Shown: piece by piece, positions 56,425 to 64,000 of the stretch
Layout of the letters: every line of letters starts with the position of its first letter
Numbering within the stretch: the stretch's first letter is position 1
NCBI GenBank assembly: GCA_963777315.1
Contig: CAVZQC010000004.1
Coordinates: 800,001-864,000 of the forward strand
Direction of reading: 5' to 3'
DNA: 64,000 bases
Origin: Vulcanimicrobiota bacterium
Lineage (GTDB): Bacteria; Vulcanimicrobiota; Vulcanimicrobiia; Vulcanimicrobiales; Vulcanimicrobiaceae
Notes under the pieces: generated by a model
The model's input: only the letters and a program-made list of their open reading frames with translations
Database searches by the model: none
Told to the model about the DNA's origin: nothing
Made by a program: the position numbers and the translations under genes

Positions 56425-56868
56425 ATGAACCATCTTCGCTTGATATGCGCTCTCGCGCTCGCTTGCAGTCTGTGCGCCTGCGGCGGCTCCGGCACGGGCA
56501 ACCTGGGCGGCCTGCTGTACAACAACCAGTGCAACACCGGCACGCAAGTGCAGCTCGTTAGTCCCGTTCCGGGCCAGCCTGCTTCGAACGTGAGCCAAAT
56601 CATGATCGTCGCAAACGGCAACAGCAACACGCTGTATAGCTCGTATTCGCAATGGTATCTCTACGTTACCGATACCAACGGCAACCAAGTCCAAGGCGGA
56701 CCGTTGAATCTTGCCGACGGCCGGTCCCAGCCGCACCCGTACACCTCGGATTTCTACTACACGTCGCAGCTGCAGGAAACGCTGCCGCCGGGAGCCGCTT
56801 GGAACGTTTTTCTCACCCAGAACAACGGTTCGTGCACGCCCGTCCCGCTGCAAGCGTTTTCTACGTAG
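56425..56868 (+). CDS. Lipoprotein, hypothetical
   Basis: GGAGG RBS, lipobox LCAC-GG, Cys pair. Confidence 0.8.
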   Translation: MNHLRLICALALACSLCACGGSGTGNLGGLLYNNQCNTGTQVQLVSPVPGQPASNVSQIMIVANGNSNTLYSSYSQWYLYVTDTNGNQVQGGPLNLADGRSQPHPYTSDFYYTSQLQETLPPGAAWNVFLTQNNGSCTPVPLQAFST

Positions 56869-56885
56869 CCCGCGGATAAGCGCAA

Positions 56886-57830
56886 CTAGCGGATAAGCGA
56901 GATCTCCCGCGGCATCGTAAACACGATCTCGGGCTCGGGTTTGCCGACTTCTTCGAGCTCGAACGTGCCAAGTTGCTGCAGGCGGTCGACGATGGTTTGG
57001 GTCAGATATTCCGGAGACGAGGCGCCGGCGGTTATACCGATGCGCCCGGCGCCTTGCAGCCATGCCGGATCTATCTGATCCGCACGATCCACCAGATAGG
57101 CGCGCGTATCCAGCTGTTCGGCCAGCTCGCGCAGGCGCAGCGAGTTGGAGTGATTTTCCGAACCCACCACAAACAGCACGTCAACGGCCGCGGCCAGCGC
57201 CCGCACCGCATCCTGACGGTTCTGCGTCGCGTAGCAAATGTCGTCGCGCGCCGGCGTGCGAACGTTCGGAAAACGCCGGCGCACGGCTTGCATGATTTCA
57301 GTGGTTTCATCCACGCTTAGCGTGGTTTGCGTGATCACCGCCACGCGGTCGGGGTCGGGCACGCGCACATGCTCGACGCCCGCGACGTCCTCGACCAAAC
57401 TGATTCGATCCGGAATCTCTCCCATCGTGCCGATTACTTCGTCATGATCGGCGTGGCCGATCAGCAGCACGTGCAGGCCCGCCTTGGCGAATTTGATCGC
57501 TTCGTAGTGCACTTTGGAGACGAGCGGGCACGTTGCGTCGATGACGCGCAGCCGGCGATCTTGGGCGGTTTGCCGCACGGCCGGCGAAATGCCGTGCGCG
57601 CTGAACACCAAGATCGCGCCTTCGGGCACCTCTTCGACTTCTTCCACGAAGATCGCTCCACGCGCGCGCAGGCGGTCGACGACTTCACGATTGTGCACGA
57701 TCTCTTTGCGAACGTAAATCGGTCCGCCGTGCTGATCGAGAAGTTGGTCCACGACCGCGATGGCGCGATCCACGCCCGCACAGCAGCCGCGAGGATTGGC
57801 CAACAGCATCTTTTGCGGGCTCACGGTCAT
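56886..57830 (-). CDS. ispH: 4-hydroxy-3-methylbut-2-enyl diphosphate reductase
   Basis: CAGV, IVHN, SAHG, DATCP, HDE, QTT, ICYATQNRQ, TAGAS. Confidence 0.96.
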   Translation of the reverse strand: MTVSPQKMLLANPRGCCAGVDRAIAVVDQLLDQHGGPIYVRKEIVHNREVVDRLRARGAIFVEEVEEVPEGAILVFSAHGISPAVRQTAQDRRLRVIDATCPLVSKVHYEAIKFAKAGLHVLLIGHADHDEVIGTMGEIPDRISLVEDVAGVEHVRVPDPDRVAVITQTTLSVDETTEIMQAVRRRFPNVRTPARDDICYATQNRQDAVRALAAAVDVLFVVGSENHSNSLRLRELAEQLDTRAYLVDRADQIDPAWLQGAGRIGITAGASSPEYLTQTIVDRLQQLGTFELEEVGKPEPEIVFTMPREISLIR

Positions 57831-57909
57831 TGTGTTCCTTGCCGCGCCATTCGGCGCCTGCGCAGCTGTTTTCAAGGGGCGGTGCGCCCCCCGACAGTAT
57901 CATGCGCGC

Positions 57910-59145
57910 ATGCCGCATACCGGAAAAGTCTGGCTCGCGCGCCTGCGCACCATGGCGCCGGGCATCGTTTCCGCCGCCTCGGACAACGATCCGACGACGG
58001 TTGCATCGCTGGCCGTCATCGGATCGACCACGACGTATGGGCTGGGATGGCTCGTATTGCTGGTCATTCCGATGCTGGCGATCGTTCAAGCCATCAGCTC
58101 GCAGGTCGGCACAGTGACCAAACGCGGGCTGGAGGATCTCGTACGGCAGCGATACGGGCGAATTGCGGCGTCCGTAGTGCTGATCGCCGTCTTGTTCGTC
58201 AACGTGCTGACGTTTGCGGCGGATTTGGAAGGCGGCGGCGCGGCGCTCGAGTTGCTGACGGGCGTGCACTATGTCTGGTGGGTCGCGCCGCTGGCGGCCG
58301 GGAGTCTGGCGTTGCTCATTTGGGGAAATTACACGCGCGTCGAGCGATTATTAGTCTACATTCCGCTGGCGTTCATCACCTACGTCATCGCTGCATTTTG
58401 CGCTCATCCCGACTGGGGCGCGGTAGTGCGCGGTTCGTTCATTCCGCATCTGCAGCATTCACGCAACTACGTTGCGGGCGCGATCGCACTGCTGGGCACC
58501 ACGCTCACTGCGTACGCGTACGTCTGGCAGGGCGTGGAAATTTCCGAAGAACGCCCGCCGCTGCGGCGCCTGGGCTTGGTGCAGATCGACGCGACGTTCG
58601 GCGCGATAGGTGCGGGTATCACGTTTTGGTTCATCGTCATCGCAACGGGCGCAACGCTGGGCGTTCACGGCAAGCAGGTCCAAACTGCCGCCGAAGCCGC
58701 GAGCGCACTCGCGCCGGTTGCCGGGCGTTTCGCATCGGTGCTGTTCGGCATCGGGCTTTTGGGTTCGGCGCTGCTCGCGCTGCCGGTGCTGCTGGCGACC
58801 AGCGCCTATGTTGCCGCCGAGATGTTTCGCTGGGTCGGCCATCTCGACCGCAAGTTTTTTCAGGCGCCTCGCTTTTACGCGACCATGCTGGTTTTAGCCG
58901 TCGTCGGCTGCGGCATCGCCTTTGCGGGCGTCGCGCCCATTCGCTTGCTGTTCGTCAGTTCGATCGCCGGCGGCATCGCGACGCCGATCACGCTCGTATT
59001 CATGCTGCTGGCCGCCAGCGACAAGCAGACGATGCGCGATCACGGCATCGCGCCCTGGCTTCGTACCGCGGGCTGGTTCACCACTGCGATCGTCACTATC
59101 GCCGCCGCAGTCTTCTTGTACCAAACTTTCACGGGCTCGTCGTGA
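57910..59145 (+). CDS. NRAMP-family divalent metal transporter
   Basis: PGIV..SDNDP, about 11 TM helices, GTT..Y. Confidence 0.88.
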   Translation: MPHTGKVWLARLRTMAPGIVSAASDNDPTTVASLAVIGSTTTYGLGWLVLLVIPMLAIVQAISSQVGTVTKRGLEDLVRQRYGRIAASVVLIAVLFVNVLTFAADLEGGGAALELLTGVHYVWWVAPLAAGSLALLIWGNYTRVERLLVYIPLAFITYVIAAFCAHPDWGAVVRGSFIPHLQHSRNYVAGAIALLGTTLTAYAYVWQGVEISEERPPLRRLGLVQIDATFGAIGAGITFWFIVIATGATLGVHGKQVQTAAEAASALAPVAGRFASVLFGIGLLGSALLALPVLLATSAYVAAEMFRWVGHLDRKFFQAPRFYATMLVLAVVGCGIAFAGVAPIRLLFVSSIAGGIATPITLVFMLLAASDKQTMRDHGIAPWLRTAGWFTTAIVTIAAAVFLYQTFTGSS

Positions 59146-59166
59146 TCGCCCGGACGCGGCACCGTA

Positions 59167-59670
59167 CTATCGCGCGTTGATCCGGTCGAAAACGATCGCC
59201 GTTACCCATCCGTACAAACAGCGTGGAACGATGTCGGAAATCCAGCCCGAAACACCCCACTGCGCAGGATCGGTTTGCCGCAACGCGGTCGCCGTGCCTT
59301 CACTGAGCGCCATCGTCAGCGCAGCAAGGCCGATGCCCGCCCAAAACCACGAAACGCCGCGCATTGCAGGGCGTACCGCTCCGAATAACGCTCCGGCGCC
59401 CAAGCCGTCCGTATAGCCCAGCAGCGCGCCCAACGCAATGCGGCGATGCCGCTCGTGGTCGCTCAGCGCTGCTTGCGGCTTTGCCAGGTCGCTCGCGCCC
59501 GCCATCTGCGCGAACTTCGCCACCATCTTTTGCGGCAAATCACTGGGTGCGCGTCCGCGAACCGCCATGTCGACGTACGTCGTCGCGTTGAGGATTGCGC
59601 TGCCGGCAGCCCCGGCAAGTATTCCGTCGGCAAGATTCTGCACGCCGTTATCGCTCATCGTGCTCGCCAT
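59167..59670 (-). CDS. Hypothetical membrane protein
   Basis: GILAGAAG..TYVDM..RGR..S, TDP..W, DIVP motifs; TM helices. Confidence 0.75.
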   Translation of the reverse strand: MASTMSDNGVQNLADGILAGAAGSAILNATTYVDMAVRGRAPSDLPQKMVAKFAQMAGASDLAKPQAALSDHERHRRIALGALLGYTDGLGAGALFGAVRPAMRGVSWFWAGIGLAALTMALSEGTATALRQTDPAQWGVSGWISDIVPRCLYGWVTAIVFDRINAR

Positions 59671-60529
59671 GATGCGCGCTTCGCGGCTGACGTAAGCCCA
59701 ACCGCACCATATCTTCGTCCGTGAAGGCGATATCGGCCGCGGCAACGTTCTGCTCCAGATGCACGACCGACGAAGTGCCCGGAATCGGCAGCATCGCACT
59801 TGACCGGTGCAGCAGCCACGCCAGCGCAATCTGGTGAACGTGCACGCCGTGCGCTTTCGCGACGATCTGCACTTCGGTATTTTGGGCGATGTCGTCGGAA
59901 TTTGCCCCCAGCGGAAACCAGGGAATGAACGCCATGCCGCTGCGCTCGCAATAGTCGATGATGTTTTCGCTCGGGCCCCGGTACGCTACGTTGTACCGGT
60001 TCTGCACCGAAACGACGGGCACGATGGCTTCGGCTTCGCGCAGCAAATCCAGCGTCACGTTCGAGAGCCCTGCATGACGTATCTTGCCGGCGTCGCGTAA
60101 ATCTCGCAGCGCGCCGACTTGATCCGCCCATGGAACTTTCGGGTCTACCGTGTGCAGCTGGTACAGGTCGATCGTATCGAGTTTGAGCCGACGCAGGCTT
60201 TCCTCGCAGCAGCGCTTGAGCCGATCCGGACGGCAGTCCGCCATCCATTGCCCCGGGCCGGGACGGGTGTTGCCGCCTTTGGTGGCGATAACCAAATCGC
60301 GCGGATACGGATGCAGCGCCTGCGCGATTTGCTCTTCGTTCACGTTTGGACCGTACGCATCGGCCGTGTCGATGAACGTCACGCCCAGTTCAACCACTCG
60401 GCGCAGCACGCGCAGCGCGTTCTCGCGGTCCGGCGGCCATCCCCATACGCCCGTACCGGGCAGGCGCATCGCGCCGTACCCCATCCGGTTCACCGTTACG
60501 TCCCCGCCGAACGTTATCGTTCTTGCCAT
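59648..60529 (-). CDS. Aldo/keto reductase
   Basis: MGYGAM, IDTADAYG, IATK, LYQLH, GLSN, IPGT. Confidence 0.93.
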   Translation of the reverse strand: MARTITFGGDVTVNRMGYGAMRLPGTGVWGWPPDRENALRVLRRVVELGVTFIDTADAYGPNVNEEQIAQALHPYPRDLVIATKGGNTRPGPGQWMADCRPDRLKRCCEESLRRLKLDTIDLYQLHTVDPKVPWADQVGALRDLRDAGKIRHAGLSNVTLDLLREAEAIVPVVSVQNRYNVAYRGPSENIIDYCERSGMAFIPWFPLGANSDDIAQNTEVQIVAKAHGVHVHQIALAWLLHRSSAMLPIPGTSSVVHLEQNVAAADIAFTDEDMVRLGLRQPRSAHHGEHDER

Positions 60530-60551
60530 ACGGTCTCTATACCCGAACCGC

Positions 60552-61214
60552 TCACCCGCGTGCGCTGATATCCATCGCGCCCACGAAGCGGCCCTCCTCA
60601 AACGTGTACATCAGGTGGCCCACCACGCGGCAATCGCTCACGCATGCGGGCCGAAACACGGCCACGCACTCGCCATGCGCTCGCCGTACGCTGGCAAACA
60701 GAATGCCGTCCGCGCGGTCGGCTTCGTATAACCGGCGAGCGTACCGCTGCGCAACGCTGAAATCGGACGGATCGTAAATCTTGGAATGCAACTTGGCCCG
60801 CACGTCGTCGTAGTTGCCCGCAATATGGGCGCTGTACACGCGCATGTGCACGATCTCGCTTCGCAAACCGGCATTCGCAATGAACTGTCCTCGATGATGC
60901 GCGGTTTCAGCGATTGCGGTTTGCTCGTCGTGTGCGGCATAGTACACGCCATAGGTTCCGTCGGAAAAGCGGCTGGGCTTGGTGTGCGTGAACGCTGCCA
61001 TGATCGGCGTCGAGCCTTCGCCGGAGATCCGTTCGTGCGGCCGCACCAGCGAAAGTTCTCCGGCTTGGGTGAGAATGCGTGGGTTCGTCGCCGATTCGAG
61101 CGCCAAGACGGCGTCCAGATCCGACGCATCGGCAACGCGATCGAAAATGCCGATGGGCGGATACACCGATGGAATAATGCGAAACGCCTGCGGCCAGTCG
61201 ACCCGCGCTACCAC
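60552..61214 (-). CDS. RES-domain toxin (MbcT/ParT-like NAD+ phosphorylase)
   Basis: SRFSDG.YGVYYAA, AIAET, SVR. Confidence 0.9.
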   Translation of the reverse strand: MVARVDWPQAFRIIPSVYPPIGIFDRVADASDLDAVLALESATNPRILTQAGELSLVRPHERISGEGSTPIMAAFTHTKPSRFSDGTYGVYYAAHDEQTAIAETAHHRGQFIANAGLRSEIVHMRVYSAHIAGNYDDVRAKLHSKIYDPSDFSVAQRYARRLYEADRADGILFASVRRAHGECVAVFRPACVSDCRVVGHLMYTFEEGRFVGAMDISARG

Positions 61215-61621
61215 CCTCGCTCGCCGTCGAGGTACCGCCGCACCAGGTACAGATCGCTCACCTTGCCCGCCAGCATCAAATCGAGCGGCGCGAATCCGTT
61301 GAACACCGGCGCGCTGTTCTTGCGGCGGATCCATCCGTCGGCGGCCTCGTTGCGCGGCAGTAAGATCTGCAGGGCCTTATAGATGCCTAGGATGTATGAA
61401 ATGCGCTCCAACGTGTCGCGACTCAGGCGCGCGTTGGCGGGGTCGCGCTGGTACTTGAAGTCACTCGACGCTTTCAGTCCCAAAAGCCGCTGCCGCTGCG
61501 CCGTGGCCAAGCCCCACAGGTCCGCGATGTGGAAAAAGGTGCGCAGCGCGGGCCCCGACATGCCGCGCGCATCGTCGAACACCGCCGAGGGTCCCAGTAT
61601 CACCGCCGCCGAGGCGCTCAT
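61208..61621 (-). CDS. Xre/MbcA/ParS antitoxin
   Basis: WGL..LLG, LERISYILGIYKAL, W..N..F..PL, VRRYLD. Confidence 0.92.
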   Translation of the reverse strand: MSASAAVILGPSAVFDDARGMSGPALRTFFHIADLWGLATAQRQRLLGLKASSDFKYQRDPANARLSRDTLERISYILGIYKALQILLPRNEAADGWIRRKNSAPVFNGFAPLDLMLAGKVSDLYLVRRYLDGERGW

Positions 61622-61627
61622 GCTACG

Positions 61628-61656
61628 AAAATACATCTTTTCTGCGATTTAGTCTA
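61628..61656 (-). promoter_or_regulatory. Leaderless sigma70 promoter TAGACT-N17-TATTTT with overlapping inverted repeat
   Basis: -10 ends 6 nt before ATG 61621; GAAAA-N6-TTTTC at 61627-61642. Confidence 0.55.
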
Positions 61657-61810
61657 CTCTCGTATAGGGCAGGTAGGTAAAATAACCATTAATCGGGCCC
61701 GACGGTACTCGCCTACAACGGGGCACGCGTGCGAAAATAGCAAGCGAACGGGGGCTTGGACGGCGCCCGAATTCACGGAAGAGCGGGACATGCAGAAAGC
61801 TCGTCACTAG

Positions 61811-63499
61811 ATGTCCTTTTGGGACACCCGTAGCCGCATTGGCGCGTTGTATCGTTCGCTTCGTGACGCGCACGAGGATCCGGCGGCCTTTATTACGCAG
61901 GTGCTGCGCGAATGCGGGAGCGCGGCGGGCGCGGACCGTACGGCGTTGTTGCACGTGTTGGGCGCTGAAGCGTTCGTTGCATTCGCCGGCGACGCGGCGC
62001 TGCTCGGCATGCGCGTGGATCTTCCGCCCGCGCCGGCAGCCTTGGGCGCGCGCACCGCAACGCAGCGCGAGTTTGCCGCGGCCAATCGCCGCTGGCTGCT
62101 CGTTTTGGGTTCCCAAAGCTCAACGGAAATCGATCCCCATCAGCCCCTCGTCGACGAAGTCCTCAGCCTGCTCTGCGTGCTGCTCGAGCGCACCTACGAA
62201 GGCGAACTGCGCGGCTCGCGCAACGACGAACTCACGGGCCTGCCGGACCGCCCTTCCACGATGGCGCGGCTAACACAAGCGATTGCGGGAGCGACCCGAA
62301 CCGCCACCAACGCAGCGCTGCTGTTCTTGGATCTCGACGGGTTCAAAAAAGTCAACGACAGTTTCGGGCACGCCCGCGGGGACGACGTGCTGCGCAACAT
62401 CGCGGGCCACTTACGCCGCGCACTACGGACCGATGAATTTTTGGGCCGAATCGGCGGCGACGAATTCTCCGTCGTGCTGCCCAGCGTTTCGCACGCCGAT
62501 GAAGCCGCGCAGGTCGCCGAACGTCTCTGCGCGGCAGTGCGCGAATCTGCGGTCGAACAAGAAATCGACGAGCTGGTTTCACTCAGCGTAGGGATTGCGC
62601 TGTACCCGGCGCACGCGCGCACGTGCGAAGAGTGGCTCGCGCACGCCGATGCGGCGATGTACCGCGCGAAACGTTCCGGCAGCGGCTACTGCACTTACGA
62701 TCGTGATTGGACGAGCGAATTGCCCCTGTCTTCGGGCGCGGCCGTCAACATGGCCACCGCCGACGTCGAGCACGAATTTCTGCTGTGCTTCCAGCCGATC
62801 TTTCATATCGCCACCGGACGAATCCACGGCGCGGAAGCCTTCGTTCGCTGGCTGCATCCGCAAGCCGGTATGCTCTCGCCCGCGCAGTTCATCGAATCCA
62901 CCCGCTGGCGTGGAACCGCCAAGCTCGATGCATGGGTCGTGCGTGAAGCCGTGCGTTACGCCGCCAAGTGGCGCCGGGCATACGGGGTCGAGCGACTGTA
63001 CGTCAACGTCGCCGTTCCCAACGAAGCCGCAGCTTCGTTGATCCTGGGCATGCTCGACGGCATCGATCCCCTGGAACGCTCCGCGATCGCGCTCGAACTG
63101 AACATGCCTGCGACGGCGGGGCACGAATCGCTTCCAGGCGTGGTCGACCGCATAGCCGGCAGTGGGGTGAGCGTGGGAATCGACGACTTTGAAGTAAAGA
63201 CCTTTTCGCTCGACGTGCTCGCGCAATTGCACGTGAACTTCATCAAGATGTCGTACGATGCGGTCGCGGCCGGAACCCCGCAGGCAAAGAGCTTGGAAGC
63301 GGCGCTCGCGCTCTCGAAGATTTTCAACTGGTCCACCATCGTGGCGAAAATCGACAACGCATTCGACGTCGACGTACTGCGCCGTCATGGGGCTGCCTAC
63401 GTGCAGGGTTTTGCCTTCGCTCAGCCCCTCACGGCGCCGGATTTCCAGGCATGGCTCGAGCACAACCGTCCCGGCGAGGCTATCGCTCCACGCCATTGA
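61811..63499 (+). CDS. GGDEF-EAL protein (GGDEF intact, EAL degenerate)
   Basis: DELTGL, DLDGFK.VND..GH..GD, GGDEF; EAF, DDF, QG. Confidence 0.92.
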   Translation: MSFWDTRSRIGALYRSLRDAHEDPAAFITQVLRECGSAAGADRTALLHVLGAEAFVAFAGDAALLGMRVDLPPAPAALGARTATQREFAAANRRWLLVLGSQSSTEIDPHQPLVDEVLSLLCVLLERTYEGELRGSRNDELTGLPDRPSTMARLTQAIAGATRTATNAALLFLDLDGFKKVNDSFGHARGDDVLRNIAGHLRRALRTDEFLGRIGGDEFSVVLPSVSHADEAAQVAERLCAAVRESAVEQEIDELVSLSVGIALYPAHARTCEEWLAHADAAMYRAKRSGSGYCTYDRDWTSELPLSSGAAVNMATADVEHEFLLCFQPIFHIATGRIHGAEAFVRWLHPQAGMLSPAQFIESTRWRGTAKLDAWVVREAVRYAAKWRRAYGVERLYVNVAVPNEAAASLILGMLDGIDPLERSAIALELNMPATAGHESLPGVVDRIAGSGVSVGIDDFEVKTFSLDVLAQLHVNFIKMSYDAVAAGTPQAKSLEAALALSKIFNWSTIVAKIDNAFDVDVLRRHGAAYVQGFAFAQPLTAPDFQAWLEHNRPGEAIAPRH

Positions 63500-63509
63500 A
63501 TAGGCGCGT

Positions 63510-64000
63510 ATGCACCGTTCCATACGGCGTGCGGTGGCGGAAATTGCCGGCGGCGCCGGCGACGATTCTCAGCGCCATATCGACCTAGCCGCCGAGCGCA
63601 TTCAGCACGCGCTGCTGGACGTGTCCATTCCGGCGGTGCGCGGGCTGGAAATAGGCGTTCACGCCGAACCCGCTCGCCTCGTCGGCGGCGATTACATCGA
63701 CCTCATCGTGCGTTCGGACGGCTCGCTGGTGTTCGGCTTAGGCGATGCGTCGGGCAAATCGCTTGCCGCCGCGCTCAACGCCATGATGCTGCGCTATCTC
63801 GTGCGAGGATTGATCAGCGCGCTGGGCAGCGACGCTCTTGCGTCGATCGTCAAGCATGCCAATGCGGTCGTCGCGCAAGACCTCAGCGACGATGCCTTCA
63901 TCACGTTTCTGCTGGGCGCAATCGATCCACAATCGGGCGCGCTTCGCGTGGTCAACGCCGGGCACGAACCTCCGATGGTGCTGCGCGAAGGGAGCGATGT
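63510..64000 (+). CDS. PP2C/SpoIIE (RsbU-like) phosphatase, partial
   Basis: Own translation: IQHALL, VGGDY, GDASGK, FIT, NAGHEPP. Confidence 0.92.
   Translation, partial: MHRSIRRAVAEIAGGAGDDSQRHIDLAAERIQHALLDVSIPAVRGLEIGVHAEPARLVGGDYIDLIVRSDGSLVFGLGDASGKSLAAALNAMMLRYLVRGLISALGSDALASIVKHANAVVAQDLSDDAFITFLLGAIDPQSGALRVVNAGHEPPMVLREGSD

Noticed and set aside
80..63965. Many long ORFs in the track antisense or off-frame to real genes (e.g. 80-1258+, 3721-5028+, 17814-19412-, 30963-32348+, 57327-59180+)
   Set aside because: Arg/Ala-rich shadow ORFs expected in high-GC DNA; no motifs, and they overlap well-supported genes
1..64000. CRISPR array, rRNA, prophage
   Set aside because: No regularly spaced repeats, rRNA signatures or phage genes seen

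Overview
High-GC bacterial chromosomal segment. Gene content (MsbA-like ABC exporter, LolA-like and TonB-domain proteins alongside a Bacillus-order hemE-hemH-hemY block) suggests a diderm Terrabacteria lineage, perhaps Ca. Eremiobacterota; this is inference only. The left ~40 kb is mostly housekeeping: Moco genes, queG, rfbC, phoU, hbd/crt/thiolase, coaD-rsmD-recG, panE, heme synthesis. The right ~24 kb is accessory or stress-type: glycoside hydrolase, DUF488-TopIB, SatP, an AT-richer patch after tRNA-Val(GAC) with a complete IS3 inside a frameshifted GIY-YIG nuclease, GT2, Nramp, Xre-RES toxin-antitoxin, GGDEF-EAL, PP2C. There are six tRNAs and no rRNA or CRISPR. Best leads: (1) an unannotated transcription attenuator at 49115-49607 (promoter, 40-aa CxxC/RGP leader peptide, antiterminator/terminator, 64-aa gene); (2) an ECF sigma with a zinc anti-sigma fused to a TonB C-terminal domain, followed by a cytochrome c and a photolyase homologue lacking key catalytic residues; (3) a recurring GG(G/A)TAT-N9-start motif before stress-type genes. 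All family calls and residue numberings are by-eye motif recognition; no searches were run.
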